Counted from the first letter of the stretch, positions 39,501 through 53,240 are shown. The stretch: DNA of 64,000 nucleotides from Oopsacas minuta (GCA_024704765.1 JAKMXF010000343.1:310001-374000); one strand, 5' to 3'. Notes: a model not told the origin generated them from the sequence alone. Made by a program: numbers and translations.

Positions 39501-42500
39501 ACTCTACTTGTATTCACTACTCAACCTGGATTCTACAGCTGTAACGTTACAGAGAATGGAGGGATGAGTAGAACCTATACAGCTGTAACATTTGACTCAA
39601 ATCCAAATACAGGTAAATTGCATTACTTTTACAATAGACTCTCGGTAATACCAGAGGACCTCCAATATTGGTACTATTTATCTGGCTATCTCGATCAGAT
39701 TTTGATTTCTATGAGTGCTCGAGTTACATCATGTTGACTGAATTTGCTTCGTATTTTTATGAGATTTTACCAAATATATGTACGTATACAGGATATGACC
39801 AATAATTTGATCCCTCATGTTATAAATATGTATTGTAGTGCCTACAACCGGTTGTGATACAATATCAACTGAAGGGACATGTTTCAGTTATTGGACAGGT
39901 TCTGGTATTAGCTGGGAAGAATCTAGATTACAGTGTCTTTCAAGAGGCTACGACCTAGCTACAATATCATCAGCTGAAGAGAATTCATTGCTCCTAACTA
40001 CAATTACAGGCTCAAATCGTTGTTGGATAGGACTCAATGATATAGACAATGAAATGGCATTTGTTTGGGTAGATGGCAGTGATAGTACGTATAGGAATTT
40101 TGCTAGTGGAGAGCCTAACAATCTAAACGATGAAGACTGTGTGCAATTTCAAGATGGGGTCTGGGCTGATACCCTATGCATATCAGTGGATTGCTACTTC
40201 TGCGGCACTGATGGTAAGTACTGTGTGAATTTATTGAATGACGGAAATCTGAAATATCGGTATTCACGAATGATGCTAAGATAAATCCTATTTTGAATTT
40301 AACCGATTACGACCGAAGTGATACGTTCGTAATGAAAAAGAACACTAAAATTTTACCACTTAGTTTGAACCAATTCCCACCTTCTAACATCGGTAAATTA
40401 CACATTCTCCCGGTCATATTCGGTTAACAATCTATTTCTTTAGTGAATGTATTCGGAGAAATAATAGCATCAACATACTCACCATTATCAGACAATGCAA
40501 TTATAACATCAGACACTACTCTCTACTGTATTACAGAGAATATGAACACACCAGAAGTGATGTGGAGTTATGTAGATCTATCTGGTATCAGAACTGATCT
40601 CACTTCTACAACTGATCCTAATACAGGAGTTAGTACTATACAAGTGTACACTACTCAGCCAGGATACTACAGCTGTAACGTTACAGAGAATGGAGGGACA
40701 AGTAGCACTTATACAGCTCTAATACCTGATACTGACCCAAATACAGGTAATTAGATTGCTTATGATACAGTACACTATGTGACTTTCATTTTACTTACCA
40801 CTCACATGCTTTCTTTGTATTGTAGTGCCTACAAGTGGATGTGATGCAATATCAAGTGATGGGAGATGTATTAATTATTTTACAGGCTCACTGGGCTGGG
40901 AAGATTCTAGACTACAATGTGTTTCAAGTGGTTACGACCTAGTTACAATATCATCAAGTGAACAGAATAACTTGTTGTTTAGCATAAATACTAGCTCAAT
41001 AGAATGTTGGATAGGACTGAGGGAGACAGACATTAACGGGAGATTTACTTGGGCAGATGGTACTGTTAACAATTTCAGGAGATTTGATACTGGTCAGCCC
41101 AATGGTGGACCTCCTGAACAATGTGTACATACTACGAATATCTTAGACACTTGGAATGATACACCATGTACAAACATATTGCCTTGCTACTTCTGTGGTA
41201 CTAAATGTAAGTGTTCTTGAAATTTGAATGATTCTATAGTCAGAAATTTGGAGTATGTAGTCCAAATTGTAAGACTTGTTTAAGGAATAATTGCCAATAT
41301 TTGATGTACGTGAGACGTTTATATTATATATATTGCTTGTTATCTTTAGTGGACGTATTCGGAGAAGTAATAGCATCAACATACTCAGCATTATCAGACA
41401 ATACAATTATAACATCAGACACTACTCTCTACTGTATTACAGAGAATATGAACACACCAGAAGTGATGTGGAGTTATGTAGATCTATCTGGTATCAGAAC
41501 TGATCTCACTTCTACAACTGATCCTAATACAGGAATTAGTACTATACAAGTGTACACTACTCAGCCTGGATCATATAGCTGTGAAGTTACAGAGAGTGGA
41601 GGGATGAATAGGACCTATACAGCTGTAATACCTGATACTGACCCAACTACAGGTAGAGTACATTGTTCGTAATTTTGAATCTTTGCGACTATATTAGACT
41701 CATACTCACCATTCACATGCTTTCTTTGTATTGTAGTGCCTACAAGTGGATGTGATGCAATATCAAGTGATGGGACATGTATCAATTATTTCACAGGCTC
41801 ACTCGACTGGGAAGATTCTAGACTACAATGTGTTTCAAGTGGTTACGACCTAGTTACAATATCATCAAGTGAACAGAATAACTTGTTGTTTAGCATAAAT
41901 ACTAGCTCAATAGAATGTTGGATAGGACTGAGGGAGACAGACATTAACGGGAGATTTACTTGGGCAGATGGTACTGTTAACAATTTCAGGAGATTTGATA
42001 CTGGTCAGCCCAATGGTGGACCTCCTGAACAGTGTGTACATACTACGAATATCTTAGACACTTGGAATGACACACCATGTACAGACATATTGCCTTGCTA
42101 CTTCTGTGGTACTAAATGTAAGTGTTTTTGTAATTTGAATAATTCTATGGTCAGAAATTTGGAATATGTAGCCTGAATTGTAAGACTTGTTTAAGGAATA
42201 ATTGCCAATATTTTGATGTACGTGAGACGTTTGTATTATATATTCTTCTTTAGTGAACGTATTCGGAGAAGTAATAGCATCAACATACTCACCATTATCA
42301 GACAATGCAATTATAACATCAGACACTACTCTCTACTGTATTACAGAGAATATGAACACACCAGAAGTGATGTGGAGTTATGCAGATCTATCTGGTATCA
42401 GAACTGATCTCACTTCTACAACTGATCCTAATACAGGAATTAGTACTATACAAGTGTACACTACTCAGCCTGGATCATATAGCTGTGAAGTTACAGAGAG

Positions 42501-45500
42501 TGGAGGGATGAATAGGACCTATACAGCTGTAATACCTGATACTGACCCAACTACAGGTAGAGTACATTGTTCGTAATTTTGAATCTTTGCGACTATATTA
42601 GACTCATACTCACCATTCACATGCTTTCTTTGTATTGTAGTGCCTACAAGTGGATGTGATGCAATATCAAGTGATGGGACATGTATCAATTATTTCACAG
42701 GCTCACTCGACTGGGAAGATTCTAGACTACAATGTGTTTCAAGTGGTTACGACCTAGTTACAATATCATCAAGTGAACAGAATAACTTGTTGTTTAGCAT
42801 AAATACTAGCTCAATAGAATGTTGGATAGGACTGAGGGAGACAGACATTAACGGGAGATTTACTTGGGCAGATGGTACTGTTAACAATTTCAGGAGATTT
42901 GATACTGGTCAGCCCAATGGTGGACCTCCTGAACAATGTGTACATACTACGAATATCTTAGACACTTGGAATGATACACCATGTACAAACATATTGCCTT
43001 GCTACTTCTGTGGTACTAAATGTAAGTGTTCTTGAAATTTGAATGATTCTATAGTCAGAAATTTGGAGTATGTAGTCCAAATTGTAAGACTTGTTTAAGG
43101 AATAATTGCCAATATTTTGATGTACGTGAGACGTTTATATTATATATTCTTCTTTAGTGACGTATTCGGAGAAGTAATAGCATCAACATACTCAGCATTA
43201 TCAGACAATACAATTATAACATCAGACACTACTCTCTACTGTATTACAGAGAATATGAACACACCAGAAGTGATGTGGAGTTATGAGATCTATCTGGTAT
43301 CAGAACTGATCTCACTTCACAACTGATCCTAATACAGGAATTATGTAGATCTATCTGGTATCAGAACTGATCTCACTTCTACAACTGATCCTAATACAGG
43401 AATTAGTACTATACAAGTGTACACTACTCAACCTGGATACTACAGCTGTGAAGTTACAGAGAGTGGAGGGATTAACAGAACCTATACAGCTGTAATACCT
43501 GATACTAATCCAATAACAGGTAGATTGCTCATCATGATATGTTAACCACGATTCGGGTACTACTTGTATGGTCGTAAATCTGTTGTCAGATAGTTGACGA
43601 AATTTTTCTCAGACTTAAGAACATACTGCTAAATGTATTATATTACATTGACATGCTAAATTCGTAGCTAGCATACCGACTGTGCATAGTAAAGGACTCA
43701 ATATTTAATGGACCACTCTTGTGCTGTATTATTATTTCTCATTGAAATTCAGTTAGCTTTTAGGAAACTTTTGAATCGTATAATGCGGGCAGAGGGTGCA
43801 ATAAGCATGAACTTACAACCTGAGTCAATAGCATAGTATATTTGTTGACTATTAATAGTGACTCTATTGTAGCAATATACATTGATAAATTCAACGAGAT
43901 TACATTTAGTGCCTCAAATCACTAAAGCTACTTATTAATGCGTAATTAAAGTAAATACATACTGTACTTCACTGTCGGCATACTTTTGTAATTTTGTAGT
44001 ACCTATAAGAGGATGTGATGCAGTATCAGATGAAGGAACATGCTTCAGTCATTTCACAAGATCTGGTCTTAACCAGGAGGATTCTAGAGTACAATGTGTT
44101 ACAATGGGCTACGATCTAGCTACAGTATCATCAGCTGAAGAGAATACTCTGCTGTATAGCACAAGTACAGGCTCTATTAATTGTTGGATAGGACTCAATG
44201 ACATAGACAATGAAGGGACATTTGTTTGGGTAGATGGTAGTGATAGCACATATAGGAATTTTGGTGATAGTGAGCCCAATGGTGGGACAGGTGAAAATTG
44301 TGTACGTCCAGATCAGGGGAGATCAGGAGGCTGGATTGATGTTCAATGTATCGCATTACTGAATTGCTACTTCTGTGGTAGCAATGGTAAGTGGTTATTG
44401 AAATTTGAATTTTCCAAGTCAGAATTTAGGAAATGATCACAACTTTAAGGTATCATCATTTTATTTATTTAGTGAATGTATTCGGAGAAATAATAGCATC
44501 AACATACTCACCATTATCAGACAATACAATTCTAACATCAGACACTACTCTCTACTGTATTACAGAGAATATGAACACACCAGAAGTGATGTGGAGTTAT
44601 GTAGATCTATCTGGTATCAGAACTGATCTCACTTCTACAACTGATCCTAATACAGGAGTTAGTACTATACAAGTGTACACTATTCAACCAGGATACTACA
44701 GTTGTGAAGTCACTCAGAATGGAGGGATGAATAGAACCTATACAGCTGGGATACTCAGCCCTGATTTGTATACAGGTAGGTTACGTTTGATTTCTTATAA
44801 TGAAACGAAGTACATATCATCCAATATTTGAGTGATTTACTTTATCTCTTGTATTTTATAGAAGCTGTAAATGGAAACAACTACAGTTACACGATTGGTG
44901 TGGATATTGAGGAGATCTATCTCATTTACATACCTGCTGATAACTCAATTCAGCTTACAGATATTCACTGGAGGAGGGAAGATCTACCTGGAGTCTTGTT
45001 CCCCAATCCAGTTAATATATACTCTCTAGCATATTATATTGGAAATGGAGAGTTTGTCACTCTACAATGCTACGATAAGAAATCTGGAATAAACTTTGTT
45101 AGTGTTGGACTCTTCGTTTATGGTTTGTTTAATCCTTAAAATTTTGGTTCATATAATATCTTCGAAGCGTTTGTTGCAATCCTTAATTTTTTAACTACTC
45201 CAATAGGTCCCCCTGTAATTATGCTGGGAGTCGAAAGAACCTTCTTTCTATTACCTCCTGATATTAACGAAGTTAATTTTACTGTACAATCATTGGATAT
45301 TGTCCTGAGCACAAATCTGGCAGGCCTTTGGCAGTGGCCAAATGGTAGCTCCACAGAAAGATATCTCATTTTCCAAACTTTCGAACAGTCTGATGAAGGA
45401 CTGTACATGTTCTATGTTATTGATTGGGATGGAGCAGACACATTGGCTATTCAGATAAACATTAGTGCTGTTGGTAAGAAATCTATAGCTTTAATTTCAT

Positions 45501-46430
45501 TCATACAATATATCCTCGCTAACCGAACAGCACTGTTCTAATTTAATACTTCATAAACGGGTTAATGTTTAATGCATTGAAACAATACTATAGGATCTAA
45601 GAACATATGTTTTCGAAAGTTGCACAAAGGATGGAAATGCTTCCAAAATTCTTCCTTGATCTGCTTAGAAATTTCATTGTTGGAAGCTTTAGTCATACTT
45701 TGCTGTTATATAAATTTTTGTATGTCATTAATCAACTTTTGTATATTTTCTAGAATCTACACAAAGCATTACAACATTAAGAACAGAAAGTTTAGGTGAA
45801 AATTCGATACTTGTTTTTTGGGGATTGTTTGAAACAAGTTCGGATTATTCAGGCATTTCATTTTCAATTTATTTGGGAGATGGAGCTAATGAATCTCTTG
45901 TTGGTACAACTACACTTTTGCACTATGAAATAACTGGTTTAACTCCAAATGTAAATTACACAATACAAATAGAATTTCAGATTCCAAACTCTTTACAAAT
46001 CATTTCAATCACAACTTATCATTATCTCGAACCAATTGAAATAGTTACTCCATCAGAAAGCATTACAACCGAACAAACAGTTTCCAATACAAATGACATC
46101 ACAAGTAATCCTACTGGTACTCCTACGAGTAGCGGTATAATTGATGTGTTGAATACACAGCCAGTTGCTCATTTTTCATCTTATCTCATCCTAGTCGGAA
46201 TAATTATCGTTATAGCACTATTAGTATTCTTGTGCATTTTAATAATAGCAGTGGTTACTTGGTACATTTTGAAGAAACATCGTGTGAAGAAAAATGATCT
46301 TTACGTAAACGCATACGCTACCACTAAAGCTACCAATACCCAGGTTGCTGCTATAAATATGAAGAATTTGTCAGAGAAAGATGCTACAGTTGACTTGGAA
46401 AACCAAACCAATACATATAGCACGACCTAA
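36501..46430 (+). CDS. Type I membrane receptor: signal peptide, 7x(C-type lectin + Ig-like), two further Ig-like exons, FN3, TM, cytoplasmic tail. Exons 36501-36567; CTL 37402-37788, 38780-39163, 39839-40213, 40826-41206, 41737-42117, 42641-43021, 44000-44386; Ig 38052-38354, 39304-39612, 40444-40746, 41350-41652, 42254-42556, 43158-43519 (disrupted), 44473-44775; 44862-45122; 45207-45473; 45754-46430
   Basis: MKYIYFILSLLVLQLH signal exon; CTLD motifs WIGL, WxDG, EPN/QPN, WND/WID/WAD; Ig motifs LYC..EVMWSY..GYYSC; FN3 SILVFW..GLTPNVNY; TM YLILVGIIIVIALLVFLCILIIAVVTWY. All introns phase 1. Confidence 0.85.
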
Positions 46431-47932
46431 CAACTAAGCCTTTTAATGAGTGTGTTTTTAGCATGATTGCATATTTAGCTCAACAGCTAGACAGCAAAAT
46501 AAGGATGAAATTGCATGGATTTTCTTAGTTAGTGTATTAGCCTGGTTTGTAGATTTATACATATCTTTTGGTATTTGTAGTTTAAATATGAACCAAATAC
46601 ATTTTTGTTTGCTTTGTGATAATGTTTGTGTTTTGAGTGATTTTATGTTTGTGTGATATTTTTGATTAAATATGCATCTTTGAAGTAACTTTTACAATAC
46701 AATATACTGCTAGCCACAACGACTTTTGAGAGACAATGATGCATTGACCAACACGTTAAACTATTGTATCTACTCAACCATACATATATAATGCAATATC
46801 GCATAAATTATAATAATTATACTGAGGCGTCCAAATGTATCTTTTCATGCAATAAATCATGCTTTGAAATCGTGTTTCATAGGCTGTTTCATTCGTACCA
46901 CGTATTTGGATACTTTATGCTGTAATTAGGCGACTATATATTTGGAAATTAGGCTTCCTATGTCACCTAACTGTGTCAAAGCCCAAAACGTCATATTTGT
47001 CTCAGTTTAGTCGCTTGGATTTATGATACTATGACAGGAGGGTCAGGCGACATCAGATACTAAATAGTCTAGGGTGAAACGTCCTGGGGCACGCTGACAC
47101 TTGTATGGGCAATCCCAGGGGAACAGGGGGCCGGCCCCCTTTTGACAAGTGATATAGCAAAGCTTTAATAACAAAACTCCATTATTAATGCGTTGACATT
47201 TAATTTCTGTAATTCTTGAATTCTGGATCCACTCTTCCCTGGGACCGCCCCTGGAATTGGACAACGGACAACTAACTTTACTTATTGCGTAATGTTATTG
47301 CTTGTTTCCTATCTGTACCTAGTTACTTGTGAATGTTATTGGCATTCACTAATCCATTGTGATATACTTGCATCTAAATAGGTAGAAAATATTTAGTGTG
47401 TTGTCTGATGAAGTGAAGCTAACTAGCAAACGTTTGTAGGATTAGCTCGTATAGTATACTAGGTCAACCTGACCAATTTAATTTTTCCGCCTATGCAGCC
47501 TCCTGAATTTCAGCTAATATATAATTAGGCGTATGGTAAAAGAAAATGCAATTTCGGGCGTGAAACCCTGGCGGTCACCAAGGAATTATTTAGGAGCACG
47601 AATTTTCAAACATTTAGCGATATCCGTGGTATCATGTCATAGCATAACTTTGTTGATTTAGGCGTACAAAAAATAACCCAGATCAATAATAGGAGCGCGT
47701 ACTGAAAGTCTGTATAATGCCCTGGTGGTCACCTACCTAAAACGATCACTGTTTAATAGAGTTTATGAATGGGGGGGGGCGGGGGCGGGCAAACTGGGCT
47801 TTAGCTCCAGGTGAATATTTTCTGCACCAAGCTGATCTGGCAGATCCGGTGATCGCTCCAGTTTATATCTTTATAACTGCTAGCAGATCAAGCAAGAATC
47901 TAAAATTATTTCTGATAACCTATAGCATTTAC

Positions 47933-50374
47933 ATGTCCAACTATACAACTTCTACTTCAAGTGGAGCAGATTGCAGCACTGTAACAACGACATACAAAGA
48001 TGAACAAGTTCTAATAATATTCTTATCTTCATTAGTTTTCGGTATATTCCTCTTCGTTATTTTCTTCATTCTACGTTTCATATTATGGGAGTTCGGTAAG
48101 CAGAATGTTTACAAATGGGGAAAAAATAAACAAACAGAGGAATATTCTGAAAATGACTCAGTAATTGCCGAGGATCTAACAACGGAATTGGAAGTAGCGC
48201 GGGAACATTCCTGCTTCAATTGGGTGAAAAACTATGTTAAATTTGGTCTACGTGGATTTCGTAAACGCGTGGGTGTGGATGCCTATCTCTACCATTTATT
48301 TCTACTGCATTTAGTCGTGCTAATGTGCTGCTATGTATTCGTATGTATTGTAGTGGTACTCACAGTAAATAAAGTGTATTGTAGTAAGAATCTAGTGAGC
48401 ACGAGTCTAATCACGCATACGTCAATATCGGCTTGTATCGCAGACTGTTCAGGGGAGCAATCATCAGCTGATATCATATGGCTACATTCCACAATGGCAC
48501 ATTTGTTGGTATTTATCGGCCTTATAATTGCATTAAACTACAGACGTATTCTATACCGTTACGAGCATAAAAGTAGATTTCAATTCAATGCTATACAAGT
48601 GCGAAACCTACCACGACCTCATAGTCAAGCTGAGGCTGATGATATCAAGAAATCTCTATGCAAACATTTCAGTGAAACGGAAGACGATGGTGAATCACCC
48701 ATTACAATTGACTTCGCTTATGACGTGGCTAAATACCATTCACTACGAACTAAGTATAATGATGCAGAGAAGAATCTACTTACATATGAAGGGCTAGATG
48801 GTCAGTATGGAGTGAAACAGTATATTTATCCGAGATTCGGGAAATTACTTGGCTGGGGTGAACCTGTATTAGCGACTGATTATTTCCGAGCTCAAAGCCA
48901 CGAACTCGCAAAAGAAATGCAAATTGAAAAGGAGAAGGCAATTGAATCACCGCAAAGTTTGGCTTTTATCGGATTCCCTGAAGGATTCGATGCCTTTTCA
49001 GTTTCCACAAAATATATTTTACTCTGTGGTCGTCCTAGATCATCACAATCTGTCTATCTTAAACAGAACCTTTGGCAAGTAAGACGTGCTCCTGCTCCAT
49101 CAGATATAAACTGGCATAACATCCGTACATCATGGTTCCGTATAGCAATCTGGTATATACGATGGTGTATAATAAATTTGTTCGTATTAATCCTATTACT
49201 TTTCTTTACAACTCCTGCGTCTGTATTCTCTATCCTTGATATAATACTTCGTTCAACCGGTGCTACAGGCAATACCACACATATCGATAACAATAAAGAA
49301 TCTGTTAACTTTATCATTGACTATGTACTGACACATATTGGGTTAGGCAATAGTACTGCATTCGACGCAGCAAGGTCTCTAGCATTAGCGTACGCGGCTC
49401 CATTACTACAGATATTAGTTGCTTCTATCATCCCGCTTATGGTGGCGTATGCTTCTTTCCTTGAATTCCATTGGACCAAATCTGATACCATGAAAGCTGC
49501 TATCTTGAAAACATATTCGTTTCTATTATTGATGCTTTTGATTTTCCCTTCGTTCACTCTGGTTAGTTTCAATCTCGTATTTGACCTCATCATAAAAGAA
49601 AGTACTAAAAATAGCTCTATTAGTCAGTTCACGAATTTAACTCTAATCGCATTCTCCCCAGACACTGGCATATTCTTCCTGAACTATTTGAATATTTCTT
49701 CATTCTTCGTTTTAATACAATTATTCCAAATTCCATCTCTTCTAATGTATCTCTATAGAAAGTTAAGTGCTCGTAACGAGGCTGAATCTTTACGTTCTCA
49801 TGAGAGCTATACGTACTATTTCAAGTTTGGTATTGAGTATGCCTGGGTTTTGGTTAAAATAACAATTGCGATTGTTTACGGGACTCTTTTTCCAATTATC
49901 ACGCTAAGCGGACTGTTATACTTGATAATGAAGATGGCTGTTGACCGCTATAACCTAATTTACCAAGCAAGATCACCACCAGAGTTTTCCGGACGTATTT
50001 CAGTGCATTTAAGAGCTCTCCGTTTTCTGCACGCATCCCTAGTCCTATCACAAATCTACATGTTGATCCTCTCCATTATTTTATACGGATACAGTCTCAC
50101 CAGGTCAGGCCTGCTAGCATTTAACGCTGCTATGCTGATATTAACTATCCTAGTTCTACTGGGTGTACAAGGCATTAGATGGTTCCAAAAGTATATTCAT
50201 GATTTCCGCATTAGCCTACGGACATTATTCACTCATTCACATGATATTCATCTCATGCGAGGACAAAGTAGTATATTCCAGCAATCTGGTAGGCACGCAC
50301 ACGCGTTTAGCTACTTTGATATTATAAACGATGCTACAAGTGATACTGATTCTCAAGATGCTCGAGTAGTGTAA
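47933..50374 (+). CDS. TMEM63: CSC1/OSCA/TMEM63 mechanosensitive channel, intronless; likely start MSNYTT at 47933 (track ORF begins 47765)
   Basis: GVDAYLYHLF, WQVRRAPAPSDINWHNI, LLLFFTTPAS, YFKFGIEYAW, YLIMKMAVDRYNL; about 11 hydrophobic segments. Confidence 0.88.
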   Translation: MSNYTTSTSSGADCSTVTTTYKDEQVLIIFLSSLVFGIFLFVIFFILRFILWEFGKQNVYKWGKNKQTEEYSENDSVIAEDLTTELEVAREHSCFNWVKNYVKFGLRGFRKRVGVDAYLYHLFLLHLVVLMCCYVFVCIVVVLTVNKVYCSKNLVSTSLITHTSISACIADCSGEQSSADIIWLHSTMAHLLVFIGLIIALNYRRILYRYEHKSRFQFNAIQVRNLPRPHSQAEADDIKKSLCKHFSETEDDGESPITIDFAYDVAKYHSLRTKYNDAEKNLLTYEGLDGQYGVKQYIYPRFGKLLGWGEPVLATDYFRAQSHELAKEMQIEKEKAIESPQSLAFIGFPEGFDAFSVSTKYILLCGRPRSSQSVYLKQNLWQVRRAPAPSDINWHNIRTSWFRIAIWYIRWCIINLFVLILLLFFTTPASVFSILDIILRSTGATGNTTHIDNNKESVNFIIDYVLTHIGLGNSTAFDAARSLALAYAAPLLQILVASIIPLMVAYASFLEFHWTKSDTMKAAILKTYSFLLLMLLIFPSFTLVSFNLVFDLIIKESTKNSSISQFTNLTLIAFSPDTGIFFLNYLNISSFFVLIQLFQIPSLLMYLYRKLSARNEAESLRSHESYTYYFKFGIEYAWVLVKITIAIVYGTLFPIITLSGLLYLIMKMAVDRYNLIYQARSPPEFSGRISVHLRALRFLHASLVLSQIYMLILSIILYGYSLTRSGLLAFNAAMLILTILVLLGVQGIRWFQKYIHDFRISLRTLFTHSHDIHLMRGQSSIFQQSGRHAHAFSYFDIINDATSDTDSQDARVV

Positions 50375-53240
50375 GGTTATTGTCTGTTACCGATAGGTTA
50401 GTATACTCACTTTTGTATGCTAAGATTTCTATCTTTGAGAGGCTATTTGGATTGAGTTTAGTATGTCTGGAATAATAATAATAATCAATTGTCCGTTAAT
50501 ATACATGCTCTCTCTATTGGTTTGGATTATATGCTTTATTAAATGCTTCATTGTCATTAACTTTTCTCTTAATTATGCACTATAGGGGTAGTTCAAACGC
50601 TACGTAACATTACAGCTCAATAGAGCTAATACAAAAATATGTGTGCGTCCCCCTGAATCGTTCAAATTGTTACAAGGTTCGGCGCCCTTAGATACAGGTA
50701 TAGTAGATGCCAGTTATAAGAACTCCGATATAAGAACATGCCTGATATAAGGAACATCCTCTAGAAAACGGTTCTTCACAATTATGTTATTCCTCCTATT
50801 TCTTACATATCTGTAATTTTCTACACACATTCTGACATTTCCACAGACCCAAATAATTCTGTTTTATTAATTAGAGTTAGACTACAATACGTATATTCAA
50901 CTATGGATACGATTATACAGATATTATATTCAGATATTTCGTCAGGTAATATTGGCATGGAATATTGGTATGCATATTCATTGTTGTATAACAATTGTTC
51001 CTTACTATGTATGTATGTATTGTATGTACTAAAAATATTTAGAATTCCATCGAATGGCTCATTCATGGAATATATAAACCTCTCCCCTTATTTATAATAA
51101 TTAGATTATATTATTCAAATTACTATTTTTCACCTTATCAGATGTTAACAATGCAATTTATTATAGATAGTATTACGTTTAGTAGTTAGCTGTGTACAGA
51201 CAGGCACTTAGTCAGGTACCGTAACAACTTTCAATTTTACAACACTTCACATGGTTCTTTCCCGTGGCCGGGCCCGTAAATCTGTTAAGCCTTTTACCCC
51301 CAGGGCTTTGCTTCTAGTATATATGTCACAATTGTTACATGTACGTGCGTAGCACAAGAATTGCGGCATATGCTATCCTTCATCTATGTATTATTTCTAT
51401 CTATTACTTATATTGTATATTTACAGTCATCCATAGTATCTCATAAGATGATATATTTAGCACGGACACTGTGATTTACATTTGAAGTTGATTAGCCCTC
51501 CTTAATGCAGTATATTTCACAAGAAATTGTTCCTCGTACATACACGGATGTTAAACCAGTAAGGTGAGATTATTCATTACCTCTCGAACTATAAAACCTC
51601 GATTCATCGAGAGTCTGGAGATTATATATACTTCTCATCAAGTAATTCATTACTTTTCTATCGATTTACTACATAGCCTCCGTCATGTGCGTTAATAAGA
51701 GTCAACTGTTTTGATCGACCAAGGATATATTACATATTGCCTGATTCGCCTCGTAAGTTGTCCTTGGCTTCATTTAATACAGAGATCAGTTTATTAACTT
51801 TATTCTTAATCTTTGTAACGTATAGTTACACGTGTAATTATCAACTCCTACAATCTACACTAGCGAGATCGTAAAATTTGTTTAGCCCTCAATTTATGTA
51901 AATTTATATTTGCTGTACAGATTTGCTAATTTAGCTGAGTAGTTATACTTCCAGCTCGTGCTTGCTTAATTATAATTCTATCCTAAATATAGCACAACCA
52001 CATAATCACGCAGAAATTATCTAATATTTGGCTTATCATATCACTAATGCAGTTCAGTCCTAGTATAAAGTTGAATTTCTCTATTGTATATCAAATAACA
52101 TTTAACCCTAAAGAGATTTCTATTAGGCATTGAAGCCTTCAGGTTACTCACTCATTTTCGTGGTGAAAAGTTTTATGAAACTAGTACTTTCAGTCTCATG
52201 GTTTCTAGTATAAATCAAAGAAATTATAATTACTTTCTTTGTAGTATAATGGTTGAGTTGTGTAGCATCAACTGCAGTTCAGTTGGTGGCGATTTTATGT
52301 GTGGTTTGGTGAACTCGAATATTTTGAGAAAATTGTAATTTATATGCGTATGGGAAATAACGATATATTGAGATTGACACTGTCTATATATCCAGTAGTG
52401 AGTAGCTGTTGTCTCATTATCCTGTACAGTCAACCAATTAGATGGAAATTGCAAATGAATTCATATTTGAGTAGGACATTGGAGATTGGACCATATAGAC
52501 CATTTCGTAGAGGTATTGTACTGAACATAAGTCCCAAAATCTGGATATTGGCGAGTATATAATCTTCCTAAAGTCATGGTCCTATAGCTATCACGTACAA
52601 ACCATTTTATTTGTTCGCGAATTGCACAATACACTGTTCGCACATTTGTTCAGATACATTTACCAATTCTTATTTAACCTTGCAGGATATGATTTCACTT
52701 CCACCCTCATGTCAAAGAACTATATCATATAACTACTTGGCGAAACCATTCATATAATCTACTACACAATATCCCTTTTTACTTACATACTTTTTCATAA
52801 TAACTTTTGAATATCATGGACCCCGCATCTCCACAACCACTCTTTATTCCCACTTTATAATGGAGTAGGCTTCCATTCTTATAAATTCATAAGCACAACC
52901 ACCATGAAATTACGGACATTTTTTGAGTTTGTTTTTTGAAAGTAATTCGTGGTTGTTTGATTAATCCAGCCGTTCGCAACCTCGTATGGACTTTCCTATA
53001 CTAATTTCAACACATTCTATGCTATGGACCCATCCCCTCTCATAGACTGCAATGCAAAATTTGAAATCGCGTGGACCTCTTCTGTCGTCCGCGGAACTCC
53101 AAGGGATCCATGGACACCAGGTTGGGTACCACTGGATTAACGAATAACGAATAAGATATTTTAAATTCTACAATTACTTCAATACAATATTTACCATGCA
53201 TTACATCTGCTTTTTACCTTATCAGCTAATAATATAATAA

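Noticed and set aside
12061-46430. An immune gene cluster (chi-lectin, MyD88-like, lectin receptor)
   Set aside because: The genes are interspersed with unrelated housekeeping and ciliary genes; proximity is expected by chance at this gene density.
50821-52650. Exon-like patches between TMEM63 and PP2C
   Set aside because: Candidate splice sites on both strands, but no phase-consistent chain or recognisable domain; an unannotated gene is not excluded.
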